A stretch of DNA of 64,000 nucleotides from an uncultured Methanosarcinales archaeon (GTDB taxonomy: Archaea > Nanobdellota > Nanobdellia > Woesearchaeales > JABIAG01). Below, in pieces: positions 46,896 through 56,384 of the stretch; the stretch's first letter is position 1, and every line of letters begins with the position of its first letter. The DNA lies in contig CAZLQZ010000004.1 in assembly GCA_964561995.1 (NCBI GenBank), positions 16,717-80,716 of the forward strand, in the 5' to 3' direction. Under the pieces are notes generated by a model that saw only the letters and a list, made by a program, of their open reading frames with translations, made no database searches and was not told where the DNA came from. The translations under genes were made by a program, and so were the position numbers.

Positions 46896-47306
46896 ATGTA
46901 TAAAACATCAAAAGAAAGCAGGATAGAATTAAAATTAAGGTTGATGATTGTTTTCGGATTTGTTTTTCTTTTGTTGTTAATTGGCACATTCTTTTATCAC
47001 TTTATGGAAGGTTGGACTTTTTCTCAATCATTATATTTTTCTACAATTTCATTAGTTTCAAGAGGATTTTTTGATTTATATCCATCAAATATTTTCTCTG
47101 TAATCTTTAGTGTATTTTATTTGTTAATTGGTGTGGGAATTATGATTTATGCTGTTTCTACAATTGTTGCATATTACATTTCTTTTTATCAACAAGCAGT
47201 TGAAAAAAAAGCATCCGAATTAATTAATAAATTAACTACAAAGAAGAAAAAAATTAAACCAAAAGAAAAGTGGTATATTCTTAAAGAAAAAGGTAAAGAT
47301 TTATAA
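46896..47306 (+). CDS. Two-TM pore-loop ion-channel-like protein with a non-canonical filter (TISLVSRGFFD in place of TxxTxGYGD)
   Basis: TM1, then WTFSQSLYFSTISLVSRGFFD pore helix/loop, then TM2 and a basic tail. Confidence 0.4.
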   Translation: MYKTSKESRIELKLRLMIVFGFVFLLLLIGTFFYHFMEGWTFSQSLYFSTISLVSRGFFDLYPSNIFSVIFSVFYLLIGVGIMIYAVSTIVAYYISFYQQAVEKKASELINKLTTKKKKIKPKEKWYILKEKGKDL

Positions 47307-47351
47307 AAAATCCTTATTTTCGAATAACTTGTAATTATTGGAGGGATAGTA

Positions 47352-48101
47352 ATGAAACAAGATATTGAAGAAATAATAAAACAAGGAAGAATAGATAAGT
47401 GTTGGAAAGATTTAACTTCTCAAAGCACTTTTGGTGTTTCTAAAGAAGAAGCATTTTGGTTGAATGACATTTTAAGAAATGAAGAAATTAAGCAAGTTTA
47501 TGAACAAACTCAAAAAGAAATTTCTGGATATGATATTTTAAGTGAAAATACGTCTTATCGTGCAGAAACAATTGATGTTAATGGACAAGGTTCATTTGTT
47601 CCAAAATTAAATGTTACTGAATCAAGAAGAAAAAATAAACACCTTTATTCTGGAAAAAGAAGAAGTCCAAAACAATACGACCCAACTTTAAAAAGAAAAT
47701 TTGTTAGAACAGAAGACCAAGTTTATGCTGCAGCTAGAGATATTGTTAAGGGGCATTCAAAACCTGATGATTATTTGTTGGTTAATGGTGCTGCAAACTT
47801 TAGACAATTAATGTTAACTGCAGAAAAAAAAGGAAATTCTATGGATTCAGATTTGGCACTTAATTGGTTAAAAGGTTATATTGATTTAAGAAAACAAGAA
47901 GTAGCTAAACCATTAAGAAACGTAGGTAGTAAAAATGGCTCTCTTCAAAGAAGACCTTTTGGTAAAGGTTATGCTAATGCAAAATTAGAAAGTCAAGATG
48001 ATCTTTTTGAAAAACGTTTGCCTGCTGGTACTGTTAAACCTCAACCAATAGAAGCTGTTTCTTCTTATAACGGTGTTTTTGGTCATAGTTGTAGGATTTA
48101 A
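47352..48101 (+). CDS. Hypothetical protein
   Basis: 249-aa ORF with an SD-like GGAGGGA upstream. Confidence 0.4.
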   Translation: MKQDIEEIIKQGRIDKCWKDLTSQSTFGVSKEEAFWLNDILRNEEIKQVYEQTQKEISGYDILSENTSYRAETIDVNGQGSFVPKLNVTESRRKNKHLYSGKRRSPKQYDPTLKRKFVRTEDQVYAAARDIVKGHSKPDDYLLVNGAANFRQLMLTAEKKGNSMDSDLALNWLKGYIDLRKQEVAKPLRNVGSKNGSLQRRPFGKGYANAKLESQDDLFEKRLPAGTVKPQPIEAVSSYNGVFGHSCRI

Positions 48102-48279
48102 CAGTAATATTTATAAAACAACTTCTTTTTTTTATTATTAAATTTAAATGATTTTAAGCTTACCTTGGCAACTGTTTTGTTAGTTGACACTGAAAATAGG
48201 TATCAAAAGTTTTACTTTTGTAATCTTGCTGAAAAGCAAGGTTTCCTCATGTTTGCTTGTCAAGCTTGAAAAATTCATT

Positions 48280-48391
48280 GGCCCTGTAGCATAGTCTGGT
48301 GGTGCGCACGACTGATATATTGGTTTCCTGATATTCGGGAAAGCTAATGACCGAAATCGTGAGGTCCGGAGTTCAAATCTCCGCGGGGCCA
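48280..48391 (+). tRNA. tRNA-Ile (anticodon GAT) with a ~38-nt intron at the canonical 37/38 position
   Basis: GGCCCTG-TA-GCAT...GTGC-G-CACGA-CTGATA[intron]A-TCGTG-AGGTC-CGGAG-TTCAAAT-CTCCG-CGGGGCC-A. Confidence 0.7.
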
Positions 48392-48438
48392 TATATTTTT
48401 AATTATCTTTTTAAACAATCTATAATTTCTATTAATTT

Positions 48439-48906
48439 ATGTTTCGAGAAAGTCAAGATTTAGCTCAAAAAGAACTTATTTCCCTATTTTATGAAATGGC
48501 AACGCATGTTAAAAATCCTTATGTTAATTGCGAAATATTCTCTGATAACATTGCTAAAAGACTAAAACAAAAAGATATAGATTACAGGGCACTTGTTGTT
48601 AGAGCAGGGTTTCAATGTAAAGAAAATGTGGATGAAATTGAGCAAACGGGAATTTGTAAAGAAAGACGACATTCTTATGATGGCATTTATGCTGCTCACT
48701 TTAGTGAGATGAGATATATTCATGTTATTGATGACATGGCTCTTAATCCTTTATATTGGTTGAATCATTATGTAGAAAACAATCCTGCTTTGGTTTTTTA
48801 TGATGCAGATAAATTGACTTTACAAGATGAAGATATGAAGCGTTATAGTTTTAATACTGAACCTTTAGATGCTTTAGTTGGTATTTTAGAATTTAGAATT
48901 ATTTAA
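48439..48906 (+). CDS. Hypothetical protein
   Basis: 155-aa ORF. Confidence 0.35.
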   Translation: MFRESQDLAQKELISLFYEMATHVKNPYVNCEIFSDNIAKRLKQKDIDYRALVVRAGFQCKENVDEIEQTGICKERRHSYDGIYAAHFSEMRYIHVIDDMALNPLYWLNHYVENNPALVFYDADKLTLQDEDMKRYSFNTEPLDALVGILEFRII

Positions 48907-48917
48907 TTTCTTTTTCA

Positions 48918-49475
48918 TTAGTTAGGTAAAGTGTCGGGTCTCCATCCATCACTATCATCATCTTTCCAATAATCTGCACTATCTTTTCTTTTATGATTTG
49001 TTTTTTTTGGAGGTTTTTTTATATCATAAATGTGATAATCGTCTTCAATATCGGGCGTGTATTTCAAACATCTTCTTTTTAACATGTTTTCATAGCTTAT
49101 TTTAATTAATTCAGCTCGATGTTGAAAATGCATCCTTAATCCTTCTCCTACTAAAATAAAGTTAGGATTAAAAGCTACGCCATATAATGTGATTAAGTTT
49201 GGTAAAACTTTTCCGACAAGCGTATGTTTAAGAATTTCAGAATTATAATGTTGTGTAAGGAGTCTTTGTTTATTTTTCTCGGAAAAATATTCACAAACAG
49301 TATTGATTTTTTGTGAATAAAAATATTTGGTGTTTGAGCCGATAACATATTCCCAAAATTCACTATTTGCGAAATACTCTTGATTTTTATCAACAAAATT
49401 ATCTAGTTTATCAAATGCTTTGTCAACCAAATTAAAGGGGTTTAGAGCATAAATTTTATCACTTAATTCTGTCAT
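48918..49475 (-). CDS. Hypothetical protein
   Basis: 185-aa ORF. Confidence 0.35.
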   Translation of the reverse strand: MTELSDKIYALNPFNLVDKAFDKLDNFVDKNQEYFANSEFWEYVIGSNTKYFYSQKINTVCEYFSEKNKQRLLTQHYNSEILKHTLVGKVLPNLITLYGVAFNPNFILVGEGLRMHFQHRAELIKISYENMLKRRCLKYTPDIEDDYHIYDIKKPPKKTNHKRKDSADYWKDDDSDGWRPDTLPN

Positions 49476-49502
49476 AAATAAGTAAGAAATGTAACTTTAT
49501 AT

Positions 49503-49940
49503 TTAACTCTTTTCCATATATTCTTCTAATAACTTATTAGAATCCATTAAAATGGAATAGTGATAATTATCAAATTTTTTACTTTTAATAAATTTAATAA
49601 ATTTCTTTTGTTTTTTTTCATCCCATTCTAAAAATAATTTAAATGTTTTACACATATAATCAACATCACAATTATCTTCTCTAAAATCAAAATTATTGTT
49701 TCTTAATGGGTGTAATGGACAAAAGATTTCTCCCTCTTTTTCAATAACATTTCTACAAACACCAGAATCTCTTAAGTCCCATTTGTGTGCTCTTTCTCTG
49801 AATTTATTTAAGTCTTTTAATTTTTCAAATTCTTTAGTATTTTTCTTAATATCTTTTTTCAATTCTTTAATTGAAGTATAATCATGACCACAACATCCAA
49901 AACAACTTAATCCATCAAATTGGCATAAATTTATTTTCAT
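49503..49940 (-). CDS. Cys-rich hypothetical protein
   Basis: CQFDGLSCFGCCGHDY...CRNV...CPLHP... Confidence 0.35.
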   Translation of the reverse strand: MKINLCQFDGLSCFGCCGHDYTSIKELKKDIKKNTKEFEKLKDLNKFRERAHKWDLRDSGVCRNVIEKEGEIFCPLHPLRNNNFDFREDNCDVDYMCKTFKLFLEWDEKKQKKFIKFIKSKKFDNYHYSILMDSNKLLEEYMEKS

Positions 49941-50056
49941 TTTACTTAGATTTATTTTAGTATTTATAAAATCTCTTCATGAATTAATGATGCAAAAGAA
50001 TTGCTAATAAAAAGATTTTTATAATAATTCAACAAAAATAACCTTGAGGTGATAAT

Positions 50057-50209
50057 ATGGCTCGAAGTTTAAGTACATATTTAGGTATATTTTTGATAGC
50101 AATTGGAATTTTACCCTTTTTAGGAGTAGGATTTGGTGGTTTAATTCAGCAAATAATTAATGTACTAGTAATTGTATCAGGTGTTATTTTGATTTTATCA
50201 CAGAGATAA
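50057..50209 (+). CDS. Small 2-TM membrane peptide (50 aa), hypothetical; not in the ORF track
   Basis: MARSLSTYLGIFLIAIGILPFLGVGFGGLIQQIINVLVIVSGVILILSQR with an RBS-like GAGGTGA upstream. Confidence 0.25.
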   Translation: MARSLSTYLGIFLIAIGILPFLGVGFGGLIQQIINVLVIVSGVILILSQR

Positions 50210-50245
50210 TTTCTTTTTTTTTTATAATTTTGAGAAACAAGAATT

Positions 50246-51151
50246 CTATTTTAAGAGATTTATAATTTTATTTTTTGTTATTTTATTCTTTTTAAACAAT
50301 TCTTTTGCAGTTCCAGATTCTCCAAATTTATCATTTACTCCAATTCTTATAACTTTACAAGGATAATTTTCACTTACAATTTCTGCAACCGCTGAACCTA
50401 ATCCTCCATTGATTTGGTGATCTTCAATAGTAATTATTTTTTTACATTCTTTTGCAGCTTTAATTATTGCTTTTTTGTCAATAGGTTTAATTGTATGCAT
50501 ATTAAGAACTCTTACATTTTTAATCTCATCTGCTGCTTTAATTCCTTCAATAAGAATAGGACCGCATCCAATTATGCACGCTTTTTTTCCTTTTCTTAAT
50601 TCTTGAGCTTTTCCAATTTTAAAATCTGTTTTTGAAGTAGTAATTTCTTCATTTTTAGATCTTCCCATTCTAATATAACAAGGCCCATTATATTTTGAAA
50701 TTGCATGTGTTGCTTTTTTTGCTTGTTCAAAATCAATTGGTTGAATAACAATCATATTTGGTAATGTTCTCATTAAAGCAATATCTTCTAACATTTGATG
50801 CGTAGCACCATCTTGTCCTACATCTAAACCAGTATGAGTTGAAACAATTTTCACATTAACGTTATTATAACAAATTGTTGTTCTAATTTGTTCCCAATTT
50901 CTTCCTGGACTAAAAGTTCCAAAACTACTTACAAAAGGAATTTTTCCAACGTGAGCTAAACCTGAACCAACCGTTACTAAGTTTTGTTCAGCAACTCCAA
51001 CATCAAAGTATCTGTTAGGGTATTTTTCTTTAAACCATTTCATTCTTACTGATGGTGCAAGATCTGCTGATAAGGCAACGATTTTTTTATTTTTACCTAA
51101 TTCTAGTAATGCTTCTCCAAATCCATCCCTGCATGATTTTTCATCTTTCAT
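50246..51151 (-). CDS. Transketolase, C-terminal subunit
   Basis: Pyrimidine-binding and C-terminal domains (GEDGATHQ-like DGATHQMLED). Confidence 0.85.
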   Translation of the reverse strand: MKDEKSCRDGFGEALLELGKNKKIVALSADLAPSVRMKWFKEKYPNRYFDVGVAEQNLVTVGSGLAHVGKIPFVSSFGTFSPGRNWEQIRTTICYNNVNVKIVSTHTGLDVGQDGATHQMLEDIALMRTLPNMIVIQPIDFEQAKKATHAISKYNGPCYIRMGRSKNEEITTSKTDFKIGKAQELRKGKKACIIGCGPILIEGIKAADEIKNVRVLNMHTIKPIDKKAIIKAAKECKKIITIEDHQINGGLGSAVAEIVSENYPCKVIRIGVNDKFGESGTAKELFKKNKITKNKIINLLK

Positions 51152-51236
51152 TTTTTTAATTCCTCACTACATTTTCGTATTGTAGCTTCCGATTTTAAGT
51201 ATGGTTTCCATTGCATTCCAACCATACGAATTTCTT

Positions 51237-52058
51237 TCATCTTTTCAATTCCTCTATTGCTATCTCTGCTTCTTTTATATTTGGAGCTTTACCATGCCAT
51301 TTCCATTTATTTTCCATAAATGAAACACCTTTTCCTGGAATTGTATTTGCAATAATCATTAGTGGTTTTTTTGATTTTGTTTTTAGAGCAGTTCTTATTT
51401 GTGAAATGTTATTTCCGTTAATTGTTTTAGTATTCCATCCAAATGCTTTATACTTTTTTTCTAAGTTACCTAGTGGCATTATTTCTTTTGTATTACCACT
51501 TAACTGAATATTATTTTTGTCCATTACACAAATTAAATTGTTCAAATTATATTTGGCAGCAAACATAACACCTTCCCATGTGTTTCCTTCATCTTGCTCG
51601 CCATCAGAAATAATACAAAATACTTTATTTTTTTTCTTATCAAGTTTTAATCCTAATGCCATTCCTGCAGCTTGAGAAATACCACTTCCTAAAGGGCCAG
51701 AACTAGTTTCTAATCCTGGTAAACTCTCTCGATGTGGATGTCCTTGCAATCTAGAATTTAATTTTCTTAATGTCATTAATTCTTTTTCAGGAAAAAATCC
51801 TGCTTCTGACATTACAGCATAAAGAATTGGATTTATGTGTCCATTTGATAATACTAAATAATCTCTTTTAATCCATTTTGGGTTTGAGGGATCATATTTC
51901 ATCACATCAAAATATAATACTGAAAAAATATCTGCCATTCCCAAACTACCTGCCGGATGACCTGAACCTGCTTTTGCTAGCATTTTAATTACATTAATTC
52001 TTAATTGTTTTGCAATTTTTTTAAGCAAGTTATTTTTTACCATTTTTGTATGTTTCAA
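51237..52058 (-). CDS. Transketolase, N-terminal (TPP-binding) subunit
   Basis: GSGHPAGSLGMADI and ISDGEQDEGNTWE TPP-binding motifs. Confidence 0.85.
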   Translation of the reverse strand: MKHTKMVKNNLLKKIAKQLRINVIKMLAKAGSGHPAGSLGMADIFSVLYFDVMKYDPSNPKWIKRDYLVLSNGHINPILYAVMSEAGFFPEKELMTLRKLNSRLQGHPHRESLPGLETSSGPLGSGISQAAGMALGLKLDKKKNKVFCIISDGEQDEGNTWEGVMFAAKYNLNNLICVMDKNNIQLSGNTKEIMPLGNLEKKYKAFGWNTKTINGNNISQIRTALKTKSKKPLMIIANTIPGKGVSFMENKWKWHGKAPNIKEAEIAIEELKR

Positions 52059-52091
52059 AATTTTTATTTTTGAGACATTCCAAAAGTACTT

Positions 52092-52694
52092 TTATTGTAC
52101 TTTTGTTATGAATTTAACTGGATCTTTTTTATTCCATAATTGTGATGCCATTACAACTCTTGTTGCACCAGCTTTTTCTAATGATTTTATGTTCTTTTCA
52201 CTAATTCCCCCATCAACACAGATTGGTAATGGAGTTATTTTTCTTAATTTTTTAACTTTATTTAATGTTGAGGGGATAAAAGGTTGTCCACTTTTGCCTG
52301 CAATAATTCCCATAACAATTATTTCGTCAATTTTATCTAAAAAAGGTTTTAATTTTTCAATTTTAGTTTTATTTTTAATTGCTAAACCTACTTTTAATTT
52401 ATGCTTTTTAATTAATTGAATTAATTTATTTGTTTTTTTTAATTCAACATGAATAAATATGATTTTTGCACCTGCTTTTTTATAATAATATATTTGTCTT
52501 TCAGGATTAAGTGTCATTAAATGAACTTCTTTTATTAATTTAGTTTTAAAATTTTTAACAAATTTTGGAGTAAATCCTTGTTTATTTTTAACAAATTTTC
52601 CGTCTGCTACATCAAACTGTATTCTACTACAAACTTTTTCTATAGATTCAATATCATATTTCTTTTGTCCAAGAATTGAGGGAGTTATTTGCAT
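52092..52694 (-). CDS. rpe: Ribulose-phosphate 3-epimerase (short form)
   Basis: MQITPSILG...D.ADGKFV start; TIM-barrel pattern. Confidence 0.65.
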   Translation of the reverse strand: MQITPSILGQKKYDIESIEKVCSRIQFDVADGKFVKNKQGFTPKFVKNFKTKLIKEVHLMTLNPERQIYYYKKAGAKIIFIHVELKKTNKLIQLIKKHKLKVGLAIKNKTKIEKLKPFLDKIDEIIVMGIIAGKSGQPFIPSTLNKVKKLRKITPLPICVDGGISEKNIKSLEKAGATRVVMASQLWNKKDPVKFITKVQ

Positions 52695-53125
52695 TTTTCT
52701 ATTTTTCTAATTTTATTAATCCTCCTTAGATGTCTTGTTTTATCAGTAAATTTGGTATTTAACCATTTTTCAAGTAATTTTTTAGCATGTCCAAAAGATA
52801 AATGCCAACCCGATAAGCATATTACGTTTGCATCATTATGTAATCTAGAAAATTCAGCTTCTCTTAAATTGTGAATAGATACTGCTCTAATACCTTTTAC
52901 TTTATTTGCAACAATGCAAACCCCAAAGCTACTTCCACAAACTAAAATTCCTTTATCATTTCCTTTGATTTTTTTAGCAAGTTTGTAACCAAAATCAGGA
53001 TAATCATCTTCTGGGTCGTAATGTTTATTACCAATATCAATAAACTTAATCTTTTTCTTTTTTAGGTACTCTTTAAGCTTTTCTTTTAGCCTAAACCCTG
53101 CATGATCTGAACCTATATATAACAT
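52685..53125 (-). CDS. rpiB: Ribose-5-phosphate isomerase B
   Basis: MLYIGSDHAGF...GILVCGSSFG (RpiB/LacAB family). Confidence 0.8.
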   Translation of the reverse strand: MLYIGSDHAGFRLKEKLKEYLKKKKIKFIDIGNKHYDPEDDYPDFGYKLAKKIKGNDKGILVCGSSFGVCIVANKVKGIRAVSIHNLREAEFSRLHNDANVICLSGWHLSFGHAKKLLEKWLNTKFTDKTRHLRRINKIRKIEKCK

Positions 53126-53818
53126 TTATACTCCTAAAAAATCCACCATTAAAAAAGCTAGCATTGTAATTATTCCCATAACAAAATAGATAATATATTT
53201 TCCTCTTGTTCTAGCAATAATATCTCTAAAAACAATATACATTAAAGAACCTGCAACTAAACCAATTATTGCTCTAAAAAATGATTCTGGAAATGCAAAA
53301 AAGTTAACGGCTACAATTCCTAGAATTGGTGAAATTGATAAAAAGAATTTTATTATTTTGTGATTTTTAACTAAGTAATGTAATTCTCTTAATGAAGCTG
53401 CACTTAATAAATTATGTAAACTAATTGGGATGAAAAAAATAATTGCTTGAATAATATCTTTTTTTATAAAAAACCAAAGACTTGCTCCTACAAAGAAATT
53501 GTATATTAAGAATGTGGCAGTGTGTTCTTCTTTTAGTTCTTTCTTTTTTTCTGCTACACTTTTTGCTTGAAAAATATGGCTATCGATAAGATTAAATATT
53601 ACAAATCCCACTAAAACAAATGCGAAAAATGTTTCATTGCCGCCTTCTTTTGGAACACCTTTTGATAGAAGATGCATAAATATGTAAGTTAATGATAATC
53701 CTGCCGTAAAATTTTTGGCTTGTATTCTCTTAATTTTTTCTTTAATATAAAATTCATCACTAAAATAATTTATTATAAATAGAACTACACCTAGGCCTAA
53801 AGCTATATATAAGGACAT
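53126..53818 (-). CDS. Polytopic membrane protein (ZIP-like metal transporter, tentative)
   Basis: 7-8 TM helices with a His in an HNLLSAASL segment. Confidence 0.3.
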   Translation of the reverse strand: MSLYIALGLGVVLFIINYFSDEFYIKEKIKRIQAKNFTAGLSLTYIFMHLLSKGVPKEGGNETFFAFVLVGFVIFNLIDSHIFQAKSVAEKKKELKEEHTATFLIYNFFVGASLWFFIKKDIIQAIIFFIPISLHNLLSAASLRELHYLVKNHKIIKFFLSISPILGIVAVNFFAFPESFFRAIIGLVAGSLMYIVFRDIIARTRGKYIIYFVMGIITMLAFLMVDFLGV

Positions 53819-53856
53819 AATGATTTTTATGCAACTATTAGTTTATATATTTTGTG

Positions 53857-53883
53857 TTAATCTTTATAAATTAAAGCTCGTTA
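53857..53883 (+). promoter_or_regulatory. 27-bp promoter element copy A (TTAATCTTTATAAATTAAAGCTCGTTA) with a TATA-like box, 9 nt before ATGAAT
   Basis: Identical to copy B at 55244..55270. Confidence 0.7.
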
Positions 53884-53892
53884 ATTGATGTT

Positions 53893-55233
53893 ATGAATGG
53901 CTTAGTTGGTATTGTTGGTGGTGCAGGGGCTGAAGGAGTTCATTTCGCGGAAGTAATTTATTCATCTGGATGCGATGTAGCAATATCTGATGTTAATGAA
54001 GAAGAAGCTAAGAAATTATGTTCTAAAAGAGGTTATCATTTAATGTCTTCTGAAGAATTAGCTACAAAATGTAATTTAACTTTATTTTCATTACCTATTG
54101 ATGTAACTCCCATAGAAATTGAAAGATTAGCACCATTAATTCCTGAAGCAATGGCGGATTTAACATCTGTTAAAACTAATGCTATGAAATCTATGCTAAA
54201 TTATTCAAATTCTGATGTTGAAGTTTTTAGTATTCATGGAATGTATCGTCCAACCGTTTCTCCATGGGGTCAAAATATTTTAATGATTTCTTCAAGACCT
54301 TCTCAAGGTGGCGAATGGTTTAATTATTTAAATAATGTATTTGAAAAACAACATGCTAATGTTAGTGTTATTGATTCAGCTGAAAAGCATGATAAAATTT
54401 CTGCTTTATTACAAGTTCTTCCTCATTCTATTACTTATGCTTATCTTTCTTTATTAGAACAATATTCAAATTTATTTATGGATGAACTTGATCTTTATGA
54501 AATTGAAAAATTTTCAACTTTATTTTCAAGAATGATGTTACAAACAACTGGGAGAGTAGTTTCCAATCCAAATGCTGGAGGTATGTATGGGTTAATTCAA
54601 TCCGAAAATCCTCATACTGAATTAATTTATGATTGGTTGATTGCAACACTTATTAATCAAAAAGAATGTGTTTTGGGAGGAAATGATTTTACAGAACCTG
54701 ATTTAAATTCTTTTGCATCTCAACATCGAGCTTTGAATAATTTTGTAGGTAGGTATGGTAAAATTGCAGCCGAAAGACAAGATCGAATGATGGGGAGACC
54801 ATTTGGAATTCAATTAGTTTATGATACTAATTCCAGAGATCAAGTTGAAGCAACTTTAGATGGATTTAGAAAACCTTCTGAACCATATAAGGAAAATTTA
54901 GAAACTACTTGGGTTTTAACTGGTGAACTTTCAAGATTGTTTAGGTCTGAAGAATTTGTTATGGCAAAACAATCATTTTACAAAAGAGAACATGCTAAGT
55001 CTGAAGGTATTTATGCTTTTTACATTAGAAATAAACAACACGATGGTCAAAAGTTAAGATTCTCTCCAGTTATTCCTGAAAAACCTGAAAGATCTAAAAT
55101 AAGAGTTCCAAATCAAAAACGAATTCAAATGTATAACAATTATCAAGATCAATTTCTTAATTTGTTTAACACTTGGGATAGAACTCCTGAATTGCATGAT
55201 TTAGGAACTTTGATTGCTTATACGACTATTTAA
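53893..55233 (+). CDS. Prephenate/arogenate dehydrogenase-like protein with a ~150-aa C-terminal extension
   Basis: LVGIVGGAGAEG NAD-binding Rossmann start; TyrA-like central region. Confidence 0.5.
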   Translation: MNGLVGIVGGAGAEGVHFAEVIYSSGCDVAISDVNEEEAKKLCSKRGYHLMSSEELATKCNLTLFSLPIDVTPIEIERLAPLIPEAMADLTSVKTNAMKSMLNYSNSDVEVFSIHGMYRPTVSPWGQNILMISSRPSQGGEWFNYLNNVFEKQHANVSVIDSAEKHDKISALLQVLPHSITYAYLSLLEQYSNLFMDELDLYEIEKFSTLFSRMMLQTTGRVVSNPNAGGMYGLIQSENPHTELIYDWLIATLINQKECVLGGNDFTEPDLNSFASQHRALNNFVGRYGKIAAERQDRMMGRPFGIQLVYDTNSRDQVEATLDGFRKPSEPYKENLETTWVLTGELSRLFRSEEFVMAKQSFYKREHAKSEGIYAFYIRNKQHDGQKLRFSPVIPEKPERSKIRVPNQKRIQMYNNYQDQFLNLFNTWDRTPELHDLGTLIAYTTI

Positions 55234-55243
55234 ATAAATTCTA

Positions 55244-55270
55244 TTAATCTTTATAAATTAAAGCTCGTTA
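55244..55270 (+). promoter_or_regulatory. 27-bp promoter element copy B (identical), 8-9 nt before ATGAAT of the next gene
   Basis: TTAATCTTTATAAATTAAAGCTCGTTA. Confidence 0.7.
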
Positions 55271-55278
55271 CTTAAGCT

Positions 55279-55671
55279 ATGAATTACAAAACAATAAGAA
55301 ATTTGGTAGCATGTGGTAGTGTGGCATTGTTAACTAGTTGTACAACATCAAAAAGAGATATAAAATCATTAGAAAATCAAGTGAATGATTTTAAAAAACC
55401 TCTATTAGCACCTATTGTGGTAGAAAACAATACTTCAAAATTAATTACAATACCTGGAGAAGCTGAAATACCATCCATTCCATTTAAAGAACCTTCAATT
55501 TATAATCAATGTTCTCATTGGACTAAGAACCATCAAAGCGAATTATTGTATGGTGCAGTTGCTGCAATGGCTTTAATTAGTGCAGCAGGTCATTGTGTTT
55601 CTAAATATGGTCGAAGAACTGTTGTATCTCAACAATTATATAGGTTGAATCAATCTTCTGTTAAAGAATAA
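55279..55671 (+). CDS. Putative lipoprotein, hypothetical
   Basis: Signal plus LTSC lipobox. Confidence 0.4.
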   Translation: MNYKTIRNLVACGSVALLTSCTTSKRDIKSLENQVNDFKKPLLAPIVVENNTSKLITIPGEAEIPSIPFKEPSIYNQCSHWTKNHQSELLYGAVAAMALISAAGHCVSKYGRRTVVSQQLYRLNQSSVKE

Positions 55672-55730
55672 AAATTATTTTTTATTAATTTTACCAAACT
55701 TTTATAAACTTTTATCCCTTATTTTAGTTT

Positions 55731-56384
55731 ATGACCAATAAAAACTTAATTGTTGCTCCAGTTGGAGATAGTATGGAAAACTTATTTATTGGATTAAGAG
55801 ATTTTCCAGCAGAAAGAGTAATTCTTATTGTTAATAAAAATCAATTAGATAAAGCAAAAGAAGCGAAAAAAGATCTTGATAGATTTAAAATTAAAACTCA
55901 AATTATTGAAATTGATGGCGATATATGGGAAGCCTTTTTTCAAAAAGTTGCTGAAATAAAAGAGATAGAAAAGGATTATAATGTTATTGTTAATACTGCT
56001 ACAGGAAGTAGATTAACTCAATGTGCTGTTACTTCTGCCGCTTTTGTTAATGGATTAAAAGCAATTAGTGTTGAAAATGAAGAAACAGTTTTACTTCCTG
56101 TATTGAAATTTTCTTATTATAAATTATTAACTGATAAGAAAATGGAAATTTTAAAACATCTGGGTGATGAAACTTGCTGTTCGTCTATGGATGAATTATC
56201 TCAAAGAACTGGTATGAGTATGCCGTTAATTTCTTATCATGTCAATGGAAATTTAAAATCGGAAGGTCTTAAAGAATTAGGACTTGCAGAAACTACTGAA
56301 TTTAAAGGAAAAACTTCTATAAAAATTACAACTTTGGGACGGTTATTATTAAAAGGTTACATAAGGTCAGAAGATGCAGATTGA
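55731..56384 (+). CDS. Csa3-like regulator: N-terminal CARF-like Rossmann domain plus C-terminal wHTH (tentative)
   Basis: LIVAPVGDSMENLF...VILIV...VNTATGSRLTQCAVTSAA (CARF-like), then MEILKHLGDETCCSSMDELSQRTGMSMPLISYHV wHTH. Confidence 0.4.
   Translation: MTNKNLIVAPVGDSMENLFIGLRDFPAERVILIVNKNQLDKAKEAKKDLDRFKIKTQIIEIDGDIWEAFFQKVAEIKEIEKDYNVIVNTATGSRLTQCAVTSAAFVNGLKAISVENEETVLLPVLKFSYYKLLTDKKMEILKHLGDETCCSSMDELSQRTGMSMPLISYHVNGNLKSEGLKELGLAETTEFKGKTSIKITTLGRLLLKGYIRSEDAD

Noticed and set aside
48180-48392. Minus-strand 70-aa ORF
   Set aside because: Coincides with the tRNA-Ile gene and its intron on the opposite strand.
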